In this document: positions 27,129-37,200 of the stretch, piece by piece
Position numbering within the stretch: the first letter of the stretch is position 1
Layout of the letters: each line of letters starts with the position of its first letter
The notes under the pieces: generated by a model
Database searches by the model: none
What the model was told of the DNA's origin: nothing
Seen by the model: the letters and a program-made list of their open reading frames with translations, nothing else
Position numbers and translations under genes: made by a program
Assembly (NCBI GenBank): GCA_965116905.1
Contig: OZ220732.1
Location: 968,970-1,032,969, forward strand
Source of the DNA: Longimicrobiales bacterium
Lineage (GTDB): Bacteria; Gemmatimonadota; Gemmatimonadetes; Longimicrobiales; Gaopeijiaceae
DNA: 64,000 nt
Direction of reading: 5' to 3'

Positions 27129-28400
27129 ATGATCGACGCACAGGCGAACAACTCCATACTCCGCTCAGCGGGGCTGCACCTCGCGGGCCTGGGCATTCTT
27201 GTCGCCGCGGCCTGCGGCCCGGCGGCGGATTCGAGCGGGGACCCGGCGGCCGAATCTCAGCCCTCGCTGTCCCCGCCAGCGGCCTCGGCGCTCGCCGAGC
27301 GCTTTCAGGCCGAACTCGACGCGGCGTGGGCTCAGGCGCAGGATACCGACGAGAACTTCCCCGGGGCGACCGCGGCGTTCATTCTCCCGGATGGCAGCGT
27401 CCAAGGCTTCGCAACCGGCGAGTCGGACATGGACGACGACATCCCGATGACCCCGGACCTGCGCATGCCGTCGGGCAGCATCGGCAAGACGTACGTCGCG
27501 GCGGTCGCCCTGCGGCTGGCGATGAATGGGGAAATGGGCCTCGACACGCCGGTCTCGACCTGGCTCGGCGGCGAGGACTGGTTCTCGCGGGTCCCCAATC
27601 ACGCGGACCTGACACTGCGCAACCTGCTCAGCCATACGGCGGGCATGATCCAGCCGTACTTCGAGGACCCCGACTTCGCGGCCCGGCTGGCCGAGTTCTT
27701 CGGCGACCCCGACGCCTACATGACCCCGGAGCAGTTCATCGCCGAGGCGGTGCTGGACGCCGAGCCGCTCTTCCCCGCGGGCGAGGGTTACCACTACAGC
27801 GACGTCCACTACACGCTGGCGGGCCTGGCGATCGAGGCGGCGACGGGCCGCGACTACTACGACCTGCTCGACGAGATGTTCCTGGATCCGTTCGGTCTCG
27901 ACCTGACCCTGCCTGCCGATCGGCGCGACCTGCCCGGGCTGGCGCAGGGCTACGCGCACGCGAGCGTCCGGCTCTTCGACACGCCGCTCGAGATCGTGGT
28001 CGACGGCCAGCTGGTGGTCCACCCGCTGCAGGAGTGGACGGGGGGCGGCGTCGTGAACAACCCGCAGGCGCTGGTGCGCTGGGCGAAGCTGCTATACGAG
28101 GGTGATGCGATCGAAGGGGACGACCTGCCCGACCTGTTCCGGATCGGGTTTCCGACCGACGACACGAAGCCGCATCTGGGGTATGGGCTGGGGGTGGCCG
28201 TCGCCGAGAGCGAGCACGGGCTGACCTACGGCCACGGGGGCTTCTTTCCCGGGTACAATTCGCTGGTCACGTACTATGCCGACCATGGCGTCGCGGTGGC
28301 GATCCAGATCAATTCGGACGATTCACGGATGGGCGACCACCTGCCGAAGCTGGCGGACGTGGTGATCGAGGCGCTGACGCCCCCTCAACCAGCGTACTGA
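27129..28400 (+). CDS. serine hydrolase, beta-lactamase family
   Basis: SxxK motif (PSGSIGKTYVA). Start ATG 27129 with an upstream GGAAAGGA. Confidence 0.85.
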   Translation: MIDAQANNSILRSAGLHLAGLGILVAAACGPAADSSGDPAAESQPSLSPPAASALAERFQAELDAAWAQAQDTDENFPGATAAFILPDGSVQGFATGESDMDDDIPMTPDLRMPSGSIGKTYVAAVALRLAMNGEMGLDTPVSTWLGGEDWFSRVPNHADLTLRNLLSHTAGMIQPYFEDPDFAARLAEFFGDPDAYMTPEQFIAEAVLDAEPLFPAGEGYHYSDVHYTLAGLAIEAATGRDYYDLLDEMFLDPFGLDLTLPADRRDLPGLAQGYAHASVRLFDTPLEIVVDGQLVVHPLQEWTGGGVVNNPQALVRWAKLLYEGDAIEGDDLPDLFRIGFPTDDTKPHLGYGLGVAVAESEHGLTYGHGGFFPGYNSLVTYYADHGVAVAIQINSDDSRMGDHLPKLADVVIEALTPPQPAY

Positions 28401-28402
28401 AC

Positions 28403-30298
28403 ATGTCAATACGTAGAATACATAAAATACGTAAAATACGCATTTTGACCTGGGTCGTCGTCGGATCGCTGCTGGCGCCGGGAGTCGCTGGAGCGGTCCA
28501 GGCCCGGCAGACGGACGTTCAGCGCCGCATTGTGGTGAGCCCGGATTACCTGGTGAGCAGGGACGGGGACCGGCCACACGTCGAGATCATGGCGGCCGCG
28601 AACCCTCGCAACGCGCGCAACCTGCTCGCGGGCGCGATCACGTTCACGCGGCGCGACGGGGGCAGCGCGACCAAGGCCTATGTGAGCCGGGACGGCGGCA
28701 TCGTCTGGGACGACATCATCTTCCCGGAGCAGCGCGAAATGGGGGGAGCCGATCCGCAAGTGGCGTTCACCGCAGCGGGGACGGCGCTCTTTCTCACCCT
28801 CAATACGGCACCCGATGAGACCGGCCGTACGCGCGCGTTTCTGCACTCGTACCGTTCAGAGGACGAAGGCGTGACTTGGTCGGATGTGTACAACCTGGGC
28901 GCGTCCTACGACCACCCCATGCTGGTGGCCGACCAGACGACGGGTCCGTTCGCGGGGCGGGTGTACGTGAGCGTGCTGTACGGGGGCCTCAAGTACAGCT
29001 TGGGCGTGTTCCGCTCGGAGGACGACGGCCGAAGCTGGATCGGGCCGGTGAAGTTCATCGACGGCGCGGGGGAGCGCGGGCTGAACGTGGATCCGATGGT
29101 CGTGTTTGCCGACGGAGCGATCATGGTGCCGTTCGTCGACTTTCCGTTTACGCCGGAGCAGACGGCCGAGTGGGACGGGTCGCGGATCTGGACGGTGGTG
29201 TCGACCGACGGTGGGGTGACGTTTTCCGAGCCCCGGGCGGGGCCCTTGAAGATGACCGGGGACGAGTTGCGCGGGGCGAGGGAGGGTCTCGAGCGGTTTC
29301 GCGGCGGGTCGTGGGTGATGTACGCCGTGGATCGGAGCGAGCGGTATCGGGACCGCGTCTACGCGGTGTGGCCGGACTACTCGGGGGGGCTGCCGCGGGT
29401 AGTGCTGGCGAGGACGGATGATCGGGGGTCGACCTGGAGCGAGCCGACGTCGGTGGCGCCTGACGCGACCCGGGGTGTACAGCAGTTCCAGGCCGCCGTG
29501 GCCGTCAATCGGGACGGGGTTCTGGGGGTGACCTGGTACGACACGCGCGAGGCGCCGTCGGAGTTCGCGTTTCATCAGTATTTCGCGGCGTCGTTCGACG
29601 GTGGCGGGACGTTCACGGCGCCGCAACGGGTTTCGAGCGCGCTCTCGCGGCCCATGGGCGCGGGGAACCTGCTGCCGGCCCCGGCGACCTTCAGCGGACC
29701 GGAGGGAGAGCTGCGGGTCGCGCTGCTGTCGGCGGCTTCGCGCTGGGTGAACGGCGGCGACTACATGGGGCTCACCGCGTCGGCCGACGGGCACTTTCAT
29801 CCGGTGTGGGCGGACGCGCGGTCGGGCACCTACCAGGTGTACACGGCGGAGGTTCGGATCGAGGAGGGGGCGGCGGTGGCGGGTGAGCTGACGCATGGCG
29901 GGCCCGCGGTGGGCGAGCCGGTCGACGTCACCGGCCGGATCGAGCTGGTGAACGATCCCGGTGCCTATGACGCGGAGACGGGCGTGCTCGACCTGTGGAT
30001 CCGGTTGAAGAATGTGTCCGCCACACCGATCGCGGGACCGATCGAGGTCGAGATCCGGAAGTTCGGGAGCGGCATGGACGACACGTTCGCCGAGCTCGCT
30101 CCGGAGGTCCTGAACGCGGACAACGGGATGAGGGGCGGTGGAGCGCGGTTCGTGTATGATGACGCCCTGGGTACCGAGGGCGTGCTCCCGCCCGGCGGTG
30201 TGAGCGGCGCGATGCTGTGGCGGCTCAGGCTGGTGGAGCCGATTCGCGTCCCCAATCTCCACGTGTATGTGACGGGGCGGGAGGTGGCGACACGCTGA
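28403..30298 (+). CDS. BNR-repeat / sialidase-like beta-propeller protein, secreted
   Basis: Six SxDxGxTW-type Asp-boxes: SRDGGIVW, SEDEGVTW, SEDDGRSW, STDGGVTF, TDDRGSTW, SFDGGGTF. Confidence 0.75.
   Translation: MSIRRIHKIRKIRILTWVVVGSLLAPGVAGAVQARQTDVQRRIVVSPDYLVSRDGDRPHVEIMAAANPRNARNLLAGAITFTRRDGGSATKAYVSRDGGIVWDDIIFPEQREMGGADPQVAFTAAGTALFLTLNTAPDETGRTRAFLHSYRSEDEGVTWSDVYNLGASYDHPMLVADQTTGPFAGRVYVSVLYGGLKYSLGVFRSEDDGRSWIGPVKFIDGAGERGLNVDPMVVFADGAIMVPFVDFPFTPEQTAEWDGSRIWTVVSTDGGVTFSEPRAGPLKMTGDELRGAREGLERFRGGSWVMYAVDRSERYRDRVYAVWPDYSGGLPRVVLARTDDRGSTWSEPTSVAPDATRGVQQFQAAVAVNRDGVLGVTWYDTREAPSEFAFHQYFAASFDGGGTFTAPQRVSSALSRPMGAGNLLPAPATFSGPEGELRVALLSAASRWVNGGDYMGLTASADGHFHPVWADARSGTYQVYTAEVRIEEGAAVAGELTHGGPAVGEPVDVTGRIELVNDPGAYDAETGVLDLWIRLKNVSATPIAGPIEVEIRKFGSGMDDTFAELAPEVLNADNGMRGGGARFVYDDALGTEGVLPPGGVSGAMLWRLRLVEPIRVPNLHVYVTGREVATR
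28408..28443 (+). repeat. four tandem 9-bp AT-rich repeats in the first codons of the BNR gene
   Basis: AATACGTAG-AATACATAA-AATACGTAA-AATACGCAT encodes (I-R/H-K/R)4 of the signal-peptide n-region. Followed by TTTTGACC. Confidence 0.8.
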
Positions 30299-30328
30299 CC
30301 GGTCGCGCGGCCTCTGGACCCCGGACGC

Positions 30329-31768
30329 TTACGGAGTCCGGTCCCTCCTGACCTCCTCCAGCAGCCCGTCCAGCTCGTACCTGCCGAAAACCCGCCCGTT
30401 GGCGACGACCAGGACGATGCCCCGGGTGTTCGCGATCGCGTCGAGCGGACTGGCCTCGAGCAGCACGAGGTCGGCCAGCTTCCCCTCGGCGACGGCGCCC
30501 AGCGAGTCGGACGCGCCCAGGAACTCGGCGGGCGCGGTGGTCGCGGCCACGAGGGCTTCGCGAGGAGAAAGCCCCGCCTGGACGAGTAACTCCAGTTCGT
30601 CGTGGAGGCTGAATCCCGGGTAGACGAAGGGGTTGGGCGTGTCGGTTCCCGCGAGAATGCCGACCCCGGCCGCCGCGGCCATCCCGGTCACCGCGAGTTG
30701 GCGGGTGAGAAACGCTTCGCGGGTCTCGATGTCGGCCGGTGTGTCCGTCTCGGTCCCCGGGAACGGCACCTGCCAGCCCGCCGTGATCGCCTGCGGCATG
30801 TACTGCAGGCGCGGATCGTCGTCCTCCCGGAGCCGGTGGAGATAGGCCAGGTTGTTGAGGATCGCGAGCGTGGGCGTCAACCAGGTGCCGTTGGCGGCCA
30901 GGTGCGCCAGAAGCTCGCCGCACACCTGGTCGTCGGCCGCATCGAGGATGGTGCGGTAGAGTCCGGTGTCGAAGAAGGGGTTGGTGAACTCGTCCCCCGC
31001 GGCGCGCATGGCCATCCACTCCGCCCGCGCCGCCCGGACCTCGGCGTCGTTGGACGAGCAGCCCTCGATGACGCCGAACATGTGCGTCATGCTCCGCATC
31101 CCCGCGTCCGACGCGTCACGTGCCGGAACGGTGAAGGGAACGTGTCCGGCGACGTCCACGCCCCGTGCCGTGGCCTGTTCCGCTATGGCGGCGAAGGCGT
31201 CCGCTTCGAGCGCGGAGTAGACCTTGATGAAGCCGGCACCCGCGTCCACCAGCGAATCGACCACGAAACGGGCGCGCTCGGGGCTGTCGGCGATCACCGA
31301 TCCGGGGAACCAGGCGTTTGCCCCATCCGTGATGTTGCCGGACGTCACGGCGCGCGGCCCCACTCGCTCGCCGGCCGCAATGCCCTCCCGGGCCTCGCGC
31401 GCCACGGGCAGTTCGCCCCACATGTCGCGCACGCCGGTCACCCCGTTGGCGATATAGACCGGCAGAGCAGGGGGGAAGAAGGAGGAGAACTCGTGCACGT
31501 GCATGTCCCACAGCCCCGGAATGAGATACCCGCCGCCCCCGTCGATGCGCTCGACGCCCTCGCCGAGCAGCAGATCGTCGGGCGCGGACACGGCGGCAAT
31601 CCGGGTGCCCTGGACGACCACGGTGCGTCCGTCGGCCACGGTGCCCGCCGCAGGATCCACGACGGATACGTTCTCGATCGCGGTGCCGGAGTCGAATTCG
31701 CGTGGGGGTGGGCCGCAGGCGACGGCGAGCGCGGTCACCGCTGCAACGAAGCAGACACGCAGTCTCAT
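30329..31768 (-). CDS. amidohydrolase family lipoprotein
   Basis: Lipobox LAVAC and metal motif PGLWDMHVHE. Start ATG 31768. Confidence 0.85.
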   Translation of the reverse strand: MRLRVCFVAAVTALAVACGPPPREFDSGTAIENVSVVDPAAGTVADGRTVVVQGTRIAAVSAPDDLLLGEGVERIDGGGGYLIPGLWDMHVHEFSSFFPPALPVYIANGVTGVRDMWGELPVAREAREGIAAGERVGPRAVTSGNITDGANAWFPGSVIADSPERARFVVDSLVDAGAGFIKVYSALEADAFAAIAEQATARGVDVAGHVPFTVPARDASDAGMRSMTHMFGVIEGCSSNDAEVRAARAEWMAMRAAGDEFTNPFFDTGLYRTILDAADDQVCGELLAHLAANGTWLTPTLAILNNLAYLHRLREDDDPRLQYMPQAITAGWQVPFPGTETDTPADIETREAFLTRQLAVTGMAAAAGVGILAGTDTPNPFVYPGFSLHDELELLVQAGLSPREALVAATTAPAEFLGASDSLGAVAEGKLADLVLLEASPLDAIANTRGIVLVVANGRVFGRYELDGLLEEVRRDRTP

Positions 31769-31887
31769 GAGGAACCTCTCGGTGGCGGGAGTCATGGCCC
31801 AACTTGCGCCATCGGCACGCCAGGGGAAAGCTTGCCGTTGGCAGCTGCGGGACGGATTGGACCTCCGGAAAGAGGAGCGCAGGGAAC

Positions 31888-34047
31888 ATGTTCAAGGTGA
31901 GGAAACGCGGTGCGCGCGGGGCTTCCCGTGTCGCCGGAATGGCGGGGTGTATGATGGTGCTGGGCGCGTGCGGTGAGCCGGCCGCCGAACCCATTGAAGT
32001 CGCAACCAGTCCCCTGTCGCTTGAAGGCACGAGCCCTGTCGAGTGGACGGGCCATGAGCGGTCCTCACATTTCGTCGCGGCGTCCGACGGCGTGCGGCTG
32101 GCGGTCGACGTGGTGCTGCCGACCGGGTATACGGGCGAGGGCGAGGCGGCCACCGCCTTCCCCGTGATCTTCCGCTACACGCCGTACCACCGCACGTCGA
32201 TCAACCCGGAGACGGGCGAGGTAGGCGTGGCGCCCTACGAGTTCTTTCTGTCCCGGGGCTACGCCTACGTTGCGGCCGACATGCGGGGGAGCGGCGCCTC
32301 GTTCGGGTGGAACGACGTGATGACTCCCATGATGATCGAGGACGGCGGGGCGATCGTCGACTGGATCGCCGCGCAGCCGTGGAGCGATGGCAACGTGGGC
32401 ATGTTCGGCGGCTCCTACGAGGGCTGGTCGCAGTTCGCGGCCGCGGCTGCGAAGCCGGAGGCCCTCAAGGCGATCGTGCCGGTCCACACGGGCTGGGACG
32501 GCCTGCTGGTCAGGCCCGGCGGGGTCTTCAGCTATGCCTTCATGGAGATGTGGACGGCCATGACGGATTTCATCAACCACAACAACGTCTTCCCCACCTT
32601 CCCCATCCCGCCCGTCACCCCGGTGCTGGACGAGGATGGGGACGGCGAGTTGCTCGACGAAATCCCCGTGGATGCGGACGGCGACAGCTGGTTTACCGAT
32701 GACTATGCCTGGCCGGTCGATCCCGCGAATCCTCCGCAGTATCCCGACGGGGCCGAGCGCACGGAGCATGCGTACTTCAACGCCACCATGGAGCACATCG
32801 CGCACCCGGACGGCGCGCCCGGGAACTACGACGCAGTGACCAGCATACGGTCGCAGCACTACTTCGACAGTCCGCGCAAGGCCGACGGACTCACGCCGCC
32901 GGACATGAACTGGGCGATGGTGCCCGACATCATCGAGTCCGGCGTGGCGATCTACAACTTCGCCGGGTGGTGGGACGCCTTCGCGCGGAGTTCGTTCGAG
33001 GTGTACGCGACGCTTGCCGAGACGAATCCGTCGCGGATCGCCGCGTGGCCGATGTATCACCAGGGGATTTCCCCGGCGGCCTCATTGGGGATCGGAGCGG
33101 ACCCGACCCGGGAGAACGTCTACACTCCGACCTACCTGGGTGAGGCGCTGCGGTGGTACGACCGTTGGCTGAAAGGGGTCAGGAACGGCATCGAATACGA
33201 GCCCCCGGTGCACATCTTCCTGCATAACGAGGGGTGGCGGGCGGAACAGTCGTGGCCGCTGGCGCGGGAGGTGCCCACGCGATTCCATCTGGGCGACGGT
33301 GGTGCCCTGGTGCGCGCGTCCGGCGATCCCGGAAGCGACGACTACACCGCGGACTTCACCCACGACGCATCGTTCGGCCCGCCACTCGACGCTTCGCAAA
33401 TCTCCGTCGCGAACGCCATGAAGGGGAGGCCGCCCTTCAACGCGCCCTCGTTCGGCCATTCGCGGCAGCAGATGTTCGGCGTTCCGGGGGACCTGCCCTA
33501 CCGGACGGACAAGGCCGAACAGGTCCTCACCTACACCAGCGCGCCGCTGGCGGCGGACACCGAGGTGACCGGGCATCCGATCGTCAGTGTCGCGGTGTCC
33601 TCGACCGCCGACTACGGCGACCTCTACTTCTATCTGGAAGATGTCGATCCGGAGGGCAATGCGATCCTGGTGACCGAATACCAGCACCGCGCAGGCTTCG
33701 ACCGTCTCGTCGACAACGACCTCATGATCCCCGGCAACACCGGGATCGACGTGAAGCCCGATCTGCCCTGGCACGGCTTCCGCGAGGCCGACTACACCGA
33801 CCGGGTCTTTGCGGACGGGGCGATCGTGAGGGTGACGACGTCGCTTTATCCGACGTCGTGGCTGTTCAGGGCGGGACACAGCATCCGCGTGTCGGTCGCG
33901 GCCGCGGACTGGCCCGTCTTCGACCTGCACCCGGAGCTGTCACCGCAGAATCGGCCCGACGCCGACGACAACCTGGTGCCGACGATCACGATTCACCGGG
34001 GCGGCGAGGAGGGATCCTACGTGGAACTGCCGGTGATTCCGCGGTAG
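31888..34047 (+). CDS. CocE/NonD family hydrolase (S15 X-Pro dipeptidyl-peptidase-like), lipoprotein
   Basis: Lipobox VLGAC, then YAYVAADMRGSGASFG and nucleophile GGSYEGWSQ. Confidence 0.85.
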   Translation: MFKVRKRGARGASRVAGMAGCMMVLGACGEPAAEPIEVATSPLSLEGTSPVEWTGHERSSHFVAASDGVRLAVDVVLPTGYTGEGEAATAFPVIFRYTPYHRTSINPETGEVGVAPYEFFLSRGYAYVAADMRGSGASFGWNDVMTPMMIEDGGAIVDWIAAQPWSDGNVGMFGGSYEGWSQFAAAAAKPEALKAIVPVHTGWDGLLVRPGGVFSYAFMEMWTAMTDFINHNNVFPTFPIPPVTPVLDEDGDGELLDEIPVDADGDSWFTDDYAWPVDPANPPQYPDGAERTEHAYFNATMEHIAHPDGAPGNYDAVTSIRSQHYFDSPRKADGLTPPDMNWAMVPDIIESGVAIYNFAGWWDAFARSSFEVYATLAETNPSRIAAWPMYHQGISPAASLGIGADPTRENVYTPTYLGEALRWYDRWLKGVRNGIEYEPPVHIFLHNEGWRAEQSWPLAREVPTRFHLGDGGALVRASGDPGSDDYTADFTHDASFGPPLDASQISVANAMKGRPPFNAPSFGHSRQQMFGVPGDLPYRTDKAEQVLTYTSAPLAADTEVTGHPIVSVAVSSTADYGDLYFYLEDVDPEGNAILVTEYQHRAGFDRLVDNDLMIPGNTGIDVKPDLPWHGFREADYTDRVFADGAIVRVTTSLYPTSWLFRAGHSIRVSVAAADWPVFDLHPELSPQNRPDADDNLVPTITIHRGGEEGSYVELPVIPR

Positions 34048-34104
34048 CGAGCGTGTGGCGCCCGGCGCCAGGCGCGCGGCCCCACGCGGACCCGGCCGCG
34101 CCTC

Positions 34105-34836
34105 TCAGTCGGCGTAGTCCTGCCCCTGGTGATCCAGCAGCGCCTTCATGCCGTCGAGGTAGCCGATTTCGCCGAAGCCATCGGGCGCGGTTGCGGCCAC
34201 GGCGTCCGCGACCTCGACGGGCACCTGCTTCATGTGGCCGCCGGCGGCCCGGACCATCCACTCGGTCATGCAGGCGCGTTCGAGCGACACCAGGTGGAGC
34301 ATGGCCACCTCGATCGAGGCGGCTGCGACGAGCGCGCCGTGGTTGGCCATGATGAGGGTGCTCCTGCCACCGAGCGCCTCGGCCATGTGCTCGCCCTCCT
34401 CATCCTCGGTCACGATCCCCTCGTATTCGAAATAGGCGATGTTGCCGTGAAACACCCCGGCGAGCTGGCCGCCGCGGGTGTCGAGCTGCCAGCCGTCGGT
34501 CGATGCGAGGGCGGTCACGTACGGTGAATGCACATGGAGGGCGCAGTTCAGATCCGGACGGGCGCGGTACAGGGGCGCGTGGATGGCCCAGGCGCTGATA
34601 TTGGGGACGCCGGTGCCCTCGACGACCTTGCCATCCGGGTCGGTCATGAGCAGGCTGGATGCGGTGACACGCGAGAAATGAGTGTGGCCGGGAGAGAGCA
34701 ACAGGTGGCCGGGGCGGCCCGGAACCGTCGCGCTGAAGTGGTTCCACGTGCCTTCGTGAAGCCCTTCGAGTACCGTGATGCGATGCGCGGCCGCCAGATC
34801 GACGCGAGTCTGCCGGATCAGTTCGGAAGGATGCAT
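34105..34836 (-). CDS. class II aldolase/adducin-family protein
   Basis: ...ISAWAIHAPLYRARPDLNCALHVHSPY...IMANHGALV... Start ATG 34836. The 611-aa ORF extension is antisense to the next gene. Confidence 0.85.
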   Translation of the reverse strand: MHPSELIRQTRVDLAAAHRITVLEGLHEGTWNHFSATVPGRPGHLLLSPGHTHFSRVTASSLLMTDPDGKVVEGTGVPNISAWAIHAPLYRARPDLNCALHVHSPYVTALASTDGWQLDTRGGQLAGVFHGNIAYFEYEGIVTEDEEGEHMAEALGGRSTLIMANHGALVAAASIEVAMLHLVSLERACMTEWMVRAAGGHMKQVPVEVADAVAATAPDGFGEIGYLDGMKALLDHQGQDYAD

Positions 34837-34908
34837 GACCGGAGAATGCCGTTGGCGGCGTCGGCGGCGCAAGCGAGACAGAAGCGGTAACATCCAGTCG
34901 GGATTGCC

Positions 34909-36195
34909 ATGAAAATGAACAAATTCGGGTACCACGCCCGTCCGCCGGGCGCAGTCACTGTTTTCCTCCTGGCGGCCGTCGTGCTTCCGGCCACCGCCGC
35001 CGTTACCGCCCAGGCCCAGGATCTCGTTCTCACCAACGCCCGGGTCGTCGATGTGACCACCGGCGCGGTTTCGGAGCCGGCCACCGTGATTGTCGAAGAC
35101 CGCAGGATCGCCCGGATCGTCGAGGACGGCTCGGGGCAGGGTCCGGCCGGTGCGGTCACCGTCGACCTGATGGGACGGTATCTTGCGCCGGGACTGATGG
35201 ATGCCCACGTCCACGTTTCCTCCGCGGCGAACGCGCGGCGCGCACTCCACACCGGCGTCACCACGATGCGCAGCATGGGCACATCCCACTACGTCGACGT
35301 GGGGCTCCGGGAACTTCAGGCGGGCGGGCACCTCGAAGCGCCCGCGTACCTGGCTGCGGGCTACCATGTCCGGCCCCCGGCGGCCGAGGCCTTCTTCCAG
35401 GACCACCCCGAGCTGGGGCACCTGTACGGTGAGGGGGTGCGCGGCGAGGACGCGGTGCGGGCGATGACCGCGGCGATCGTGTCGAGAGGGGTCGACGTCG
35501 TGAAGACGAACGCGACGGAGCGCGCGGGGCTGCCGGAGACGGATCCGCGACGGCAGTTCTACTCGGAGGCCGAGTTGCGGGCCATCGTGAGCGAAGCTGG
35601 AGCGGCGGGCATTCCGGTCGCGGCCCACGCCCACGGGGACGCTGGCGCGAGGGCGGCGGTAGAGGCGGGGGTGCGGAGCATCGAGCACGGCACCTACATC
35701 AGCCCGGAGACGCTCGCGCGCATGGTCGAACGGGGGACTTTCCTGGTGCCCACGATCGCGATCGTCAGCGATCTTACCATCCCGGGTGGCGACTACGACA
35801 ACGCCCTCCTCAACATACGGGGCCGCCACATGCTGCCTCGCGTCCGGGAGATGGCGCGGCGGGCCCACGAGATGGGCGTGAAGATCGTTGCCGCGACCGA
35901 TACGGGGTACGGCCCGGAGAGCACGACCACGCTTGCCCACGAACTCCTGGAACTGGTGGGGGTTGGCATGAGCCCGCTTGAAGCGCTACGCGCGGCGACG
36001 ACCACCGCGGCAGAATTGTTCGGGCTCACCGGTCAGGTCGGCGTGATCGCACCCGGACTCGAAGCCGACCTGATCGTGCTGGAGCGGAACCCGCTCGACG
36101 ACATCGGGGTCGTGCAGGACGTGCTCATGGTGGTGAGCGACGGCAAGGTCGTGGTGCAGCGCGGCGACTGGCCCGGTCAGCGTCCGGTGTCGTAG
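34909..36195 (+). CDS. amidohydrolase family protein, secreted
   Basis: Signal peptide and metal motif PGLMDAHVHVSS. Confidence 0.85.
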   Translation: MKMNKFGYHARPPGAVTVFLLAAVVLPATAAVTAQAQDLVLTNARVVDVTTGAVSEPATVIVEDRRIARIVEDGSGQGPAGAVTVDLMGRYLAPGLMDAHVHVSSAANARRALHTGVTTMRSMGTSHYVDVGLRELQAGGHLEAPAYLAAGYHVRPPAAEAFFQDHPELGHLYGEGVRGEDAVRAMTAAIVSRGVDVVKTNATERAGLPETDPRRQFYSEAELRAIVSEAGAAGIPVAAHAHGDAGARAAVEAGVRSIEHGTYISPETLARMVERGTFLVPTIAIVSDLTIPGGDYDNALLNIRGRHMLPRVREMARRAHEMGVKIVAATDTGYGPESTTTLAHELLELVGVGMSPLEALRAATTTAAELFGLTGQVGVIAPGLEADLIVLERNPLDDIGVVQDVLMVVSDGKVVVQRGDWPGQRPVS

Positions 36196-36224
36196 TGGCT
36201 CTGGGACATCTCAGCTGAAACCCG

Positions 36225-36815
36225 ATGTCGCCGACCCCTCCCTCGCGGCCGGATGTTGGCCGGGACGGCCGCCTTGCGGCCCGCACAAGGTCCCTCATCC
36301 GCACGGTGCCCGACTTTCCCATACCGGGCATCCGTTTCCGCGATGTGATGGGGCTGGTGGAGGATCCCGACGGCCTTCGGGCGGCGACAGCGGGACTGGT
36401 GGACCGTTTCCGGGATTGCGCGCCCGAGGTCGTGGTCGGAATCGAGGCGCGGGGCTTCATCTTCGGGGTGCCGGTGGCGCAGGAACTCGGCGTGGGGTTC
36501 GTCGCCGTGCGGAAGGCGGGCAAGCTGCCGGGCGAGGTGGCGGGCGCCGACTACGACCTGGAGTACGGGAGCGCGCGTCTGGAGTTGCAGGCGGCTGCCC
36601 CGATCTCGACCGGTACGCGCGTGCTGCTCATCGACGACCTGCTCGCGACCGGCGGCAGTGCGGCGGCGGCGATCAGGCTGATTCGGGGAATGGGCGGGGA
36701 CGTGGTGGGGGCGGGGTTCGTGGTGGACCTGCCGGAGTTGCCGGGTGCGGGGCGGTTGCGGGAACTGGGGGTGGAGGTGTTCGCGCTGTGCGAGTTTTTG
36801 GAGGATGAGGGCTGA
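36225..36815 (+). CDS. apt: adenine phosphoribosyltransferase
   Basis: IRTVPDFPIPGIRFRDV...GIEARGFIFG... with PRPP motif VLLIDDLLATGGSA. Confidence 0.9.
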   Translation: MSPTPPSRPDVGRDGRLAARTRSLIRTVPDFPIPGIRFRDVMGLVEDPDGLRAATAGLVDRFRDCAPEVVVGIEARGFIFGVPVAQELGVGFVAVRKAGKLPGEVAGADYDLEYGSARLELQAAAPISTGTRVLLIDDLLATGGSAAAAIRLIRGMGGDVVGAGFVVDLPELPGAGRLRELGVEVFALCEFLEDEG

Positions 36816-36862
36816 GGTGGCTGCGCGGCGGAGACGCTTTTTATCGGCGACCTGAGCGGGGT

Positions 36863-37066
36863 CTACAGGCCAATCAATTCGGGCGAAGTCGGCTCAGGGA
36901 CCGGAAGACCATCCTTCTCGAGTTCTTCGATGTAGAGTTGTATGGCTTCGCGAATCAGGGTAGTGACTTCCTCGCGGGTTTCGGCAGCGGCGACACAGCC
37001 GGGGAGTTCCCGGACATGGGCTCCGTAGCTGGTGGGCCCTTTCTCGATCACGACGGTATATTGCAT
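36863..37066 (-). CDS. hicB: type II antitoxin HicB family
   Basis: MQYTVVIEKGPTSYGAHVRELPGCVAAAETREEVTTLIREAIQLYIEEL is the HicB/UPF0150 fold pattern. The ATG overlaps the hicA-frame stop (TGATG). Confidence 0.8.
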   Translation of the reverse strand: MQYTVVIEKGPTSYGAHVRELPGCVAAAETREEVTTLIREAIQLYIEELEKDGLPVPEPTSPELIGL

Positions 37067-37188
37067 CAGGTATTCCTCGCCTCCAGGCCCGCTTGCTTCA
37101 AGATGCTCTTCCATGTCCCCAAGGGTAGGTCAATCCCAGGGTTCCCCGCGACAACCACGATTCCTCTCTTGAGCGGATGCTTGAAAAT
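37066..37188 (-). pseudogene. hicA: 5'-truncated HicA toxin remnant
   Basis: My own translation gives IFKHPLKRGIVVVAGNPGIDLPLGTWKSILKQAGLEARNT*, the C-terminal two-thirds of HicA. An in-frame TAG at 37189-37191 precedes it, and the dnaE2 stop lies 9 nt further upstream. Confidence 0.65.
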
Positions 37189-37200
37189 CTACCGACGTTG

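Noticed and set aside
26809-27141. 110-aa minus-strand ORF (internal start MRIEPCRVDG...) in the 420-bp gap between the alpha/beta hydrolase and the serine hydrolase
   Set aside because: No SD, mixed codon usage and no recognisable motif; the resemblance to an HTH is weak. It is left unannotated. The gap itself is long and could hold regulatory elements.
34837-35940. Upstream 367 aa of ORF 34105..35940
   Set aside because: It is antisense to the well-supported amidohydrolase 34909..36195. The class II aldolase homology starts at MHPSELIRQ (ATG 34836).
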